From NCBI GenBank assembly GCA_030616535.1, contig JAUWXE010000003.1:1-36856 (forward strand): a stretch of 36,856 nucleotides of DNA, written 5' to 3'. The position numbers and the translations under genes were made by a program. The DNA comes from Candidatus Aerophobota bacterium. Lineage in GTDB: Bacteria; Aerophobota; Aerophobia; Aerophobales; AE-B3A. Positions 17,702 to 25,051 of this stretch are shown piece after piece. Under the pieces are notes generated by a model. The model saw only the letters and a list, made by a program, of their open reading frames with translations. It ran no database searches and was not told the DNA's origin. The number at the start of each line of letters is the position of its first letter. The first letter of the stretch is position 1.

Positions 17702-18610
17702 ATGGCACTTATCCCAATGAAAAAAATGTTAGTGAAGGCCCAAAAGGAAAGATACGCAGTAGGGTACTTTGAGTCTTGGAATTTGGAGTCTCTGCAGGCA
17801 ATTATTAATGCAGCAGAAGAGGTGTGCTCATCAGTAATCGTTGGATTCAGCGGTAGATTCTTAGCCGAGCCGGGCAGGTTAATGCCCGAAAAAATCGAAT
17901 ATTACGCTTCCATGGGAAAGGTGTTCGGTGAAAACACCTCGGTCCCAACAGCCTTAATTTTGAATGAAGCGTCTGATTTTGCATGGATCGAAAAGGCCAT
18001 AGAACTTGGCTTTACCGCTGTAATGTTTGAGGATGAATCATTGTCTGCCGTAAAAGAGGTGAATTTTATTAAAAAGGCAGTTAAAATAGCTCATTCAAAA
18101 GGTGTTTCTGTAGAAGCTCAATTGGGAATTTTGCCAGTAGCAGAAAAAAGAGGAGTCACCGAGGAGATAGCAAAAGATATTTCTTTAACCGATCCCGAAA
18201 AAGCTGCTCAATTTGTAAAAGAAACTGGTATTGATGCCCTGTCGATTTCTGTCGGCAATATTCACTCTTTAACCAAAGGTAAGGCGGAAATTGATTTTGA
18301 TAGGCTTAAACACATTAGAGAAGTGGTAGATATACCCTTAGTTTTACATGGAGGAACAGGACTTGCAGATGATACCGCGAGAAGAGCAATCAAATTAGGA
18401 ATATGTAAAATCAATATTGGAGCTTTACTTAAACAGACTTTCATTAAGGGGATAAAAAAGAAGCTTGGTACTTACTTTAACGGCTATTCAGACCCCCATG
18501 AATTTTTAGGATCAGGCAAAGAAAGGGATATATTAATGGCTGGTGCGCTAGAGATGAGGGATGTAATTAAAGAAAAAATGAAAGTTTACGGCTCATCTGG
18601 CAGAGCATAA
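17702..18610 (+). CDS. Class II fructose/tagatose-bisphosphate aldolase family protein with an atypical active site
   Basis: YAVGYF, GVSVEAQLG, TDPEKA..FV.ETGIDAL..SVGNIH, PLVLHGGTG, KINI. The canonical HLDH is replaced by ILNE. ORF track gives start 17651. Confidence 0.85.
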   Translation: MALIPMKKMLVKAQKERYAVGYFESWNLESLQAIINAAEEVCSSVIVGFSGRFLAEPGRLMPEKIEYYASMGKVFGENTSVPTALILNEASDFAWIEKAIELGFTAVMFEDESLSAVKEVNFIKKAVKIAHSKGVSVEAQLGILPVAEKRGVTEEIAKDISLTDPEKAAQFVKETGIDALSISVGNIHSLTKGKAEIDFDRLKHIREVVDIPLVLHGGTGLADDTARRAIKLGICKINIGALLKQTFIKGIKKKLGTYFNGYSDPHEFLGSGKERDILMAGALEMRDVIKEKMKVYGSSGRA

Positions 18611-18636
18611 TAAACATAGATATAAAATGAGGATAG

Positions 18637-19263
18637 ATGAAAATGAAGATGAGAGCAGCTATTTATCACGGGATTCAGGATGTGAGATTGGAAGAAGTAG
18701 AAATTCCTCAGATTAACTCTGATGAAGTATTAGTGAAAATAAAGGTGGCTTTAACTTGTGGTACGGATCGGAAGATGTACCTCAGAGGTTATCATCTAGT
18801 TAATCCTCCCTTTGTTTTTGGCCATGAATTTGCTGGAGATATCGTAAAGGTGGGAGCTAATGTAAGAAATTTCGAAGAAGGTATGAGAGTAGTAGCAGCA
18901 AATTCTGCACCCTGCAATAAATGTTTTTACTGTAAGATAGGTAGGGAAAGTTTATGTAAAGATCTAACCTTCAGACTTAACGGTGCCTTTGCTGAATATG
19001 TAAAAATCCCTAGAGATATCGTAGAACAGAATTTACTGGAAATTCCGTGCAACATCTTTTACAAAGAGGCAGCTCTGGTAGAACCCTTGGCCTGCGTTGT
19101 ACACGGGATACAAGAGTCAAACATAAGGCTAGCCCAACTTCCACATTTTCAAAAAAAATGTGGTGTTTATGGTGGTTTGCGAGTTCATTCAGTCACTATA
19201 TTTGAAGAGTGCCATGTTTTTATGGGTTTCATAACCTCGGAGGGAATACCAAGATTCTTATAG
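18637..19263 (+). pseudogene. 3'-truncated Zn-dependent (MDR) sugar-alcohol dehydrogenase
   Basis: CGTD, GHEFAG, C..C..C...C and EPLAC are present. Homology stops at ~19131, just before the GxGxxG Rossmann motif; the remaining ~43 codons are unrelated. Confidence 0.85.
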
Positions 19264-19294
19264 ATTTCAAGATGCTCTGGTTCTGCATTGACCC

Positions 19295-19315
19295 CTCCCC
19301 GGACTGGACTCGAAC
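19295..19315 (-). other. 3' fragment of a tRNA (Asn-like); possible att-site remnant
   Basis: The minus strand reads G-TTCGAGT-CCAGT-CCGGGGA-G, i.e. T-loop, 3' T-stem, 3' acceptor strand and G discriminator. No 5' half is found upstream. Confidence 0.5.
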
Positions 19316-19457
19316 TAAGAGGATATTACATCAAAATGTAGATAAACAAATTGGTGGGGTGTATTTCTTGGTTGAAGAACCGAAAAAGATGGATTATGCC
19401 AGATAGATCGAGAGTGTTTAAGGAATAGAGTAGATTGTTATTGATTTTGCCAATTTT

Positions 19458-20534
19458 TTACGGAACTACTAGACCTTTAATAGCATTGTCCTTGCGCTCT
19501 TTAATGGTTTTCAATGCTGTCAGAACATCATCTAGAGAAAATCTGTGGGTAATCAAAGAGCTAACATCAACAAGTTTCTTATCGATAGCCTGAAGAGCGG
19601 TGGGCCAGGTAAAAGGTGCCAGCCAGGAGAATCGGATGGTCTTATCCCATAAAAGTGAGTCAAGAGCGGGAACTTTGAGAGTATCATTCGGGCCGGGAAG
19701 GCCAAAGTAAACTACGACAGCCTTTCTTCCAGAAATAGTGAGGGCATCCTGCATTGGCTTTAAAGCCCCGGTGGCACAGATAACTCTATCAGCCATCCTT
19801 CCTTCAGTTAGCTCCTTAATTCTTTCTTTTAAATCATCAATGCAATAGGGGGATTTTTTTTCTTTGGTATTTAAAATGAAATCTGCTCCCAGCTTCTTTC
19901 CCAGTTTGAGTCGATAGTCCCTCGTGCCAACCAGCACTACAGTTCCAGCTCCTCTTGATTTGGCCATTTGAGTCATCATCAGCCCTATGGGGCCGGGACC
20001 AAAGATAACGCAGAAATCACCCAGAGAAATGTCGAGATTCTCAATCCCATAGGTGGCGCAGGATAAAGGCTCGGTAAAGGCTGCCTGCTCAAAGCTAACC
20101 CTTGAGGGAAGTTTATGGACCCCGGTATATTTAGATTTAACATATTCGGCAAAGGCACCATGGGTGGAGACCCCAATCACACTTTTATTTTCACAGAGAT
20201 TAACCATTCCTCTGGCACAAACTCCGCAGGCGCTGCAGTACTGAACCGGGTCCACCGTAACTCGATCCCCAGCCTCGAATAATCCTTTCTCCTTAGGAAT
20301 TCTCCCCACCTCGACCACCTCTCCAGAAAATTCGTGGCCTAAAATTAACGGACCCTTACCGGTGAGTGTTTCCAGAGGACTTAACCCCCAATAGTAAGCA
20401 ATATCCGATCCACAGATACCACAGGCTTTGACCTTGACCAGAACTTCATCTTCTAAAGGAGAGGGAATAGGAACCTCTTCCAATCTCATCTTTTCTGGCT
20501 CATAAAAAACCTGCGCTTTCATCATTTTAGCCAT
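19458..20534 (-). CDS. Zn-dependent polyol/sugar dehydrogenase (MDR family)
   Basis: CGICGSD, GHEFSG, CSACGVC..C, EPLSC, GPGPIG, LITHRF. Full length. Confidence 0.92.
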   Translation of the reverse strand: MAKMMKAQVFYEPEKMRLEEVPIPSPLEDEVLVKVKACGICGSDIAYYWGLSPLETLTGKGPLILGHEFSGEVVEVGRIPKEKGLFEAGDRVTVDPVQYCSACGVCARGMVNLCENKSVIGVSTHGAFAEYVKSKYTGVHKLPSRVSFEQAAFTEPLSCATYGIENLDISLGDFCVIFGPGPIGLMMTQMAKSRGAGTVVLVGTRDYRLKLGKKLGADFILNTKEKKSPYCIDDLKERIKELTEGRMADRVICATGALKPMQDALTISGRKAVVVYFGLPGPNDTLKVPALDSLLWDKTIRFSWLAPFTWPTALQAIDKKLVDVSSLITHRFSLDDVLTALKTIKERKDNAIKGLVVP

Positions 20535-20555
20535 GAGTATTACCTCTTAAAGGAT

Positions 20556-21470
20556 TTATTTCCATTTAAGTTTTGTAAAAAGGTTATCCAGGTGTCTTTT
20601 GCAGTCAGCAGTAATCTCCCAGGCGTTTGGCCAAAAGCAAAGATCAATAGACCACCACCCGGAATTATAGCCAGCCTCAACCAGAGTTGGCAGAAGGGCC
20701 TCAAAGTTCAGCACTCCTTTACCAAAAGGTACATGGGCACTGGTCTCATTGTCGTGAAGGGTATTGTCTGAGTCAATTAAGTGGACATGCCCGATTTTAC
20801 CCTTTAATAGACGGGCAAACTCAATTTCACCACCGGGAAGCTTGTCTAATGGAGGTGTCTGTTTAGCTGCAACTGCCGAGCACATATGAGCATGACAGCT
20901 ATCAAAGAGAAACTTAAAATTTGGCCGATCAACTTCATTGAGCAGTCTCATGACCTCATGGGGTTTATTGAAGATAAACCCCGGTTCAAATTCCCAGACC
21001 ACCAGTGTATCTACCTCGGCAGCCTTATCGGCACAGCTTCTGAACATGTTGACTACTCTATCCCAGGTAGTCTGGTAGTCAAGATGTTCCGGGAAAGGAG
21101 TGTGGGTGACGGTATCTACCCGAATAGCTTTGATCCCACAATCCACACAAAACTCCAGGCTTCGATCAAACATTTCCTGGTACTGTTTGACCACCTTGGG
21201 ATCGCCCTCGGCAAAGGGAAGCGACCAAAGATCAGCGGCGTAGGCAGAAACTTCCAGTCCCTTTGATTCTAACATCTCCATTAGTTGGCCTCTGCTCTTT
21301 TTGTTGGGATATAGATCAGGATGAGCATGGGGTTTGAATCCGCCTAATTCAACTCCATCAAATTTAAGAGCCTCCAGCCGCTTAGCCACCTCTTCCAGTT
21401 CTACTGGATGATCAGCATAGGGACCGATAGCATAAGCCCAGCTACCAATGGAGATTTTTGGAAAGATCAT
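20556..21470 (-). CDS. Sugar-phosphate isomerase/epimerase (xylose-isomerase-like TIM barrel)
   Basis: FDGVELG, WEFEPG, FDSCH, HVHLIDSD, HVPFGKG, GY..WWSID. RBS AAGGAGG. Confidence 0.85.
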   Translation of the reverse strand: MIFPKISIGSWAYAIGPYADHPVELEEVAKRLEALKFDGVELGGFKPHAHPDLYPNKKSRGQLMEMLESKGLEVSAYAADLWSLPFAEGDPKVVKQYQEMFDRSLEFCVDCGIKAIRVDTVTHTPFPEHLDYQTTWDRVVNMFRSCADKAAEVDTLVVWEFEPGFIFNKPHEVMRLLNEVDRPNFKFLFDSCHAHMCSAVAAKQTPPLDKLPGGEIEFARLLKGKIGHVHLIDSDNTLHDNETSAHVPFGKGVLNFEALLPTLVEAGYNSGWWSIDLCFWPNAWEITADCKRHLDNLFTKLKWK

Positions 21471-21531
21471 CTTATTTACCTCCTTGAGCTAATTAAACTA
21501 CTGCAACTAATCCCGAAACTGCTCTCGAAGA

Positions 21532-21560
21532 ATCTTAGCATATCCTCCACACTCCGTCAA
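21532..21560 (-). promoter_or_regulatory. Sigma70-type promoter for the epimerase-dehydrogenase pair
   Basis: Minus strand TTGACG, 17-bp spacer, TAAGAT, with an extended -10 TG. Confidence 0.7.
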
Positions 21561-21751
21561 TTTTCGTATTTCGTATAAGGAAGTCAAACTTTATCCACAA
21601 TTACTGAACAAATTATGATTAAAGGATGAATTTATTTGTTTTGCAGAAGATGACCAAAAAAGCATGTATCCGCCACCCAAAGTTGTCTTTGATCTAGTTA
21701 GCTTCTGGCCCAAAAGTATTAAAAAAATGGGAAAAAAGGGTGGGCGGAGAA

Positions 21752-21780
21752 TTGACTTTCCTCCTTCTATACGCTATGAT
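21752..21780 (+). promoter_or_regulatory. Sigma70-type promoter for thiE-tsaE-tsaB-rimI
   Basis: TTGACT, 17-bp spacer, TATGAT. This supports a thiE start at 21814 rather than 21664. Confidence 0.7.
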
Positions 21781-21813
21781 TTTGATTGTAAAGGTTATGC
21801 ACTGGAGCTTCTT

Positions 21814-22866
21814 GTGAATAAGCAGAGAGAAATTTATCGAATAATGGATGTCAATCTTGATCGAGCAAGTGAAGGCTTGAGAGTAATAGAAGACGCAGTT
21901 CGATTTGGCTTGAACGATTATCATCTTACCCAAAAGGTGCGGCAGCTGCGTCACTTTTTAATAAAAATAGCGGAGGAGATTCCTCACTTTAGATGGAGGC
22001 AGCGCATGAGCTGCCGGGATGTGGAAAAAGACGTAGGAGCAGGACTGGGGACAGAAGAAAAAAGAGAAGGGTTTGAGAATCTAGTGAAAGCTAACTTTGG
22101 AAGAGTCCAAGAGGCTGAAAGGAGTCTAGAGGAGTTTGTTAAGCTGCTTTCTTCAGAATTAGGGCAAAGATTTAAGAAGCTTCGTTTCCAAACCTATGCC
22201 CTAGAAAAAAAAGTAGCTATGAGACTAGAAAAAAGATATGATTTCAGCCTCTATGTGATCACTGACTCTAGCCTGATCAAAGAGGAACAGTTCAAAGAAA
22301 AATTAAAAGATGTGGTATCAAACGGAGCCACTGTCATTCAGTTAAGAGAAAAGACCCTATCTTTATCGGCCTTTTTCAAAAAAGCCCTTTTAGTCCGAAA
22401 AATAATTCCGGAGGATGTCCTTTTTATGGTAAACGATAGGGTAGATATCGCTATGGCCTCAGGGGCAGATGGAGTGCATCTAGGACAGGAGGATCTGCCC
22501 ATCTCGGCTGCCCGCAAGGTCTTAGGAGAGAGTAAAATCATTGGTGCATCTACCCACTCCGTGGAGCAAGCCCAGCAGGCAGAAAGAGAAGGTGCCGATT
22601 ACATAGCTATAGGACCGGTTTTTTCCACCGCTACTAAACCCCATGTCGGATCTGCTAAGGGGATAGGAATAATAGGTAAAACGAAAGAAAAAGTGCATAT
22701 TCCCGTAATAGCAATAGGGGGGATAAACTTGGACAATGTGGAGAAAACTTTAAAGGCAGGAGCAGACGGGGTGGCCGTTATAAGTGCTGTATTTAAGGAG
22801 GCTAACACTGGTCTAGCTACCAGAAGACTTTCCGAAAAGATCAGGGCCATAAAAAAGGAAAAATAA
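21814..22866 (+). CDS. thiE: Thiamine-phosphate synthase with an N-terminal ThiD2-like domain
   Basis: N-terminal RIMD.NLDRASEGLRVIED...AN..R.QEA.RSLEE; C-terminal LYVITD, QLREK, VNDRVD, GVHLGQED, GPVFSTATK, AIGGI. Confidence 0.92.
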   Translation: MNKQREIYRIMDVNLDRASEGLRVIEDAVRFGLNDYHLTQKVRQLRHFLIKIAEEIPHFRWRQRMSCRDVEKDVGAGLGTEEKREGFENLVKANFGRVQEAERSLEEFVKLLSSELGQRFKKLRFQTYALEKKVAMRLEKRYDFSLYVITDSSLIKEEQFKEKLKDVVSNGATVIQLREKTLSLSAFFKKALLVRKIIPEDVLFMVNDRVDIAMASGADGVHLGQEDLPISAARKVLGESKIIGASTHSVEQAQQAEREGADYIAIGPVFSTATKPHVGSAKGIGIIGKTKEKVHIPVIAIGGINLDNVEKTLKAGADGVAVISAVFKEANTGLATRRLSEKIRAIKKEK

Positions 22867-22867
22867 A

Positions 22868-23362
22868 TTGGCCACAGCCTTATCCATAGTGACCCAAAAT
22901 TATGAAGAAACCCAAAAATTGGGTGAAGAACTGGGCCGCAGGCTCCCTCCCGGTTCAGTTGTAGCTTTAACCGGACAGTTAGGGAGCGGAAAGACTACCT
23001 TAGTTCAAGGAATAGGCAAAGGCCTAGGGATTCGGCCTTTGATTAAAAGCCCTTCCTTTGTTATCATCCACGAGTACTCGGGTTCCGTGCCCTTATATCA
23101 TTTTGATCTTTACCGAATAGCTCACCAGGAAGAAATTGTTTTCTTGGGCTACGAGGACTATTTTTACCAGAAAAAGGGCATTGTCGTAATAGAGTGGGCC
23201 GAAAAGATAAAGGATCTTTTGCCTGCAGAATATCTTAGGATTGAGCTAGAAATAGTGGATTTATCCAAAAGGAAAATTGGCTTAAGAGCCTATGGTTCTT
23301 TCTATGGGAAAGTGATAGAGGAGATGAGAAAAAGGGGGTTATTTTGCTCCTTCTTGGTATAG
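22868..23362 (+). CDS. tsaE: tRNA threonylcarbamoyladenosine biosynthesis ATPase TsaE
   Basis: GQLGSGKTT, SPSF, HFDLYR, IEWAE. Confidence 0.95.
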   Translation: MATALSIVTQNYEETQKLGEELGRRLPPGSVVALTGQLGSGKTTLVQGIGKGLGIRPLIKSPSFVIIHEYSGSVPLYHFDLYRIAHQEEIVFLGYEDYFYQKKGIVVIEWAEKIKDLLPAEYLRIELEIVDLSKRKIGLRAYGSFYGKVIEEMRKRGLFCSFLV

Positions 23363-24066
23363 ATACCTCGGCAAAAAAGGGGATTTTGTGCTTGGGAAAC
23401 AGAGAAAAAATCCTGGCTAGAAAAACGATTTCCGCTGGTTTGTCCTCTGGAGAGCTTATTCCTGCTCTGGATACCTTAATGAAGAAGAAAAAAATAAGAA
23501 AAGAGGATCTTGAAGCTGTGGTGGTTAGTTTAGGTCCAGGCTCTTTCACGGGTCTGCGAGTTGGATTGAGTCTAGCTAAGTCTTTGGCTTTTGTTCTGAA
23601 GATTCCTTTGGTAGGGGTTGCTACCCTGGACAGCTGGGTTTTCTTTCTCCCCCGTGAAGGAATTTTTTGTGCGCTTCGCAGAGCCTATGGGGGTAAGTTC
23701 TATGCAGGATTTTATGAAAAAGACCAAGGTAAAACAGCAAAGATAGATGAATCTCGATTTCTTTCCTTCAACGGGATTAAAGGGTCTTTGGAGAGATTTT
23801 TTCCTCAGAAGGTAACTTTTCTTATCCCCACTGAAGAAAGAGAGCTCACCACAGAGCTAAAGAAAATAAAGAACACATCATTTTTACTTCTGGACAAAAT
23901 ATTCCTCATTAAGGCATTGCTTAGACTAGGAGCGGAAAGACTTAAGACCGGAAAAATTGACAATGTCTCTAGTTTAAGTCCTCTTTATGTCTCACCACTG
24001 GAGGTGAGGATTGGACGAGGAAATAAAGATTCGCTTAATGAAGAAAGAGGATATCCCGGAGGTTAG
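23344..24066 (+). CDS. tsaB: tRNA t6A biosynthesis protein TsaB
   Basis: LGIDTS, GPGSFTGLRVG...AKSLA, PLY. Lies between tsaE and rimI. Confidence 0.92.
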   Translation: MLLLGIDTSAKKGILCLGNREKILARKTISAGLSSGELIPALDTLMKKKKIRKEDLEAVVVSLGPGSFTGLRVGLSLAKSLAFVLKIPLVGVATLDSWVFFLPREGIFCALRRAYGGKFYAGFYEKDQGKTAKIDESRFLSFNGIKGSLERFFPQKVTFLIPTEERELTTELKKIKNTSFLLLDKIFLIKALLRLGAERLKTGKIDNVSSLSPLYVSPLEVRIGRGNKDSLNEERGYPGG

Positions 24067-24460
24067 CGAGATCGAGAAACTCTCCTTCCCCAGCCCTTGG
24101 TCTTCCAATATCTTTTCCTCAGAACTCGAGAAAGAGAGCTTTGCTTTTTATTGGGTTATGGAATACCGGAGTCGACTGGTAGGATACGGAGGATATTGGA
24201 AAATAAAGAATGAGGCTCACTTGGTTACTTTTGCTATTCATCCAACTTTTAGAAGGATGGGTCTGGGAGTAAAATTATTAGAGCATCTTCTAAAAGATGC
24301 TCAAGATCAATCACTGAATACAATTACCTTGGAAGTCCGTCATTCTAATCTGGCTGCTCAAAGATTCTATGAAAGATTTGGCTTTAAGAAGATAGCCATC
24401 CGTCCCCACTATTATTCCGATACCGAGGAAGACGCTATTGTTTATTGGAAGAAGTTATAA
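24011..24460 (+). CDS. rimI: Ribosomal protein S18 alanine N-acetyltransferase
   Basis: IEKLSFPSPWS, HPTFRRMGLG, LEVRHSN, RPHYY...EDA. Confidence 0.92.
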   Translation: MDEEIKIRLMKKEDIPEVSEIEKLSFPSPWSSNIFSSELEKESFAFYWVMEYRSRLVGYGGYWKIKNEAHLVTFAIHPTFRRMGLGVKLLEHLLKDAQDQSLNTITLEVRHSNLAAQRFYERFGFKKIAIRPHYYSDTEEDAIVYWKKL

Positions 24461-25028
24461 ATTTTGATTGGATGCCATAACATATTGAAGCTGCCCCCAC
24501 AAGTTTAAGCGCATCTCCCGGCAAAAAAGGAATTAATCCTAGATAAAGACTCTGCCCTATTCCAATTCTTAGCAAACAAGCTAACCATAAGGTTCCTAAA
24601 AAGAGGATAACTCCTTCTCCTACTCCCATAATTAACATCAGGGACAAGAGATTGCTTTTTTTCTTTTCGGCCATTCTTCCCACCAGATAAGCAGCTAAAA
24701 CAAAACCAATGAGATAACCGCCTGTGGGTCCAACCAGACGAGATACTCCCCCGCTAACCCCAGCAAAAATAGGCAGACCCAGCCCTCCTAATCCCAGGTA
24801 GAACAATTGGGATAAAGCTCCTAACTTTCTTCCCAAAATGGCTCCCCCCAGGAGAACAAAGAAGGTCTGTAGAGTTATGGGAACAGGAGTAAAGGGGAGA
24901 GGGATCCATACGAAGGCACCCAGAGCCGTAAGAGTGGTAAACGTAGCTACTCCTATCAAGTTATAACTTGTCCGGGAAAGAGGAATTTCTCGAGTTAATG
25001 TATGTTTTAAACTTTGTGTTATGAGCAT
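24435..25028 (-). CDS. bioY: Biotin ECF transporter S component BioY
   Basis: PFTPVPITLQT, GLPIFAG, GPTGGYLIGF, PFLPGD. Confidence 0.95.
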   Translation of the reverse strand: MLITQSLKHTLTREIPLSRTSYNLIGVATFTTLTALGAFVWIPLPFTPVPITLQTFFVLLGGAILGRKLGALSQLFYLGLGGLGLPIFAGVSGGVSRLVGPTGGYLIGFVLAAYLVGRMAEKKKSNLLSLMLIMGVGEGVILFLGTLWLACLLRIGIGQSLYLGLIPFLPGDALKLVGAASICYGIQSKFITSSNKQ

Positions 25029-25051
25029 CGGTTAGTTCCCACCAAACTTAT

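Noticed and set aside
19240-19380. Complete tRNA gene
   Set aside because: Only the last 21 nt fit; there is no D-arm, anticodon arm or 5' acceptor strand.
19209-19406. 65-aa ORF as the continuation of the truncated dehydrogenase
   Set aside because: No GxGxxG motif or any MDR C-terminal similarity.
21591-21660. Replication origin
   Set aside because: Only one DnaA box, and no dnaA/dnaN context.
21664-21813. N-terminal extension of ThiE or a TPP riboswitch
   Set aside because: The segment contains a good sigma70 promoter and an RBS for GTG 21814, and no TPP-riboswitch core (CTGAGA...ACCTG) is seen.
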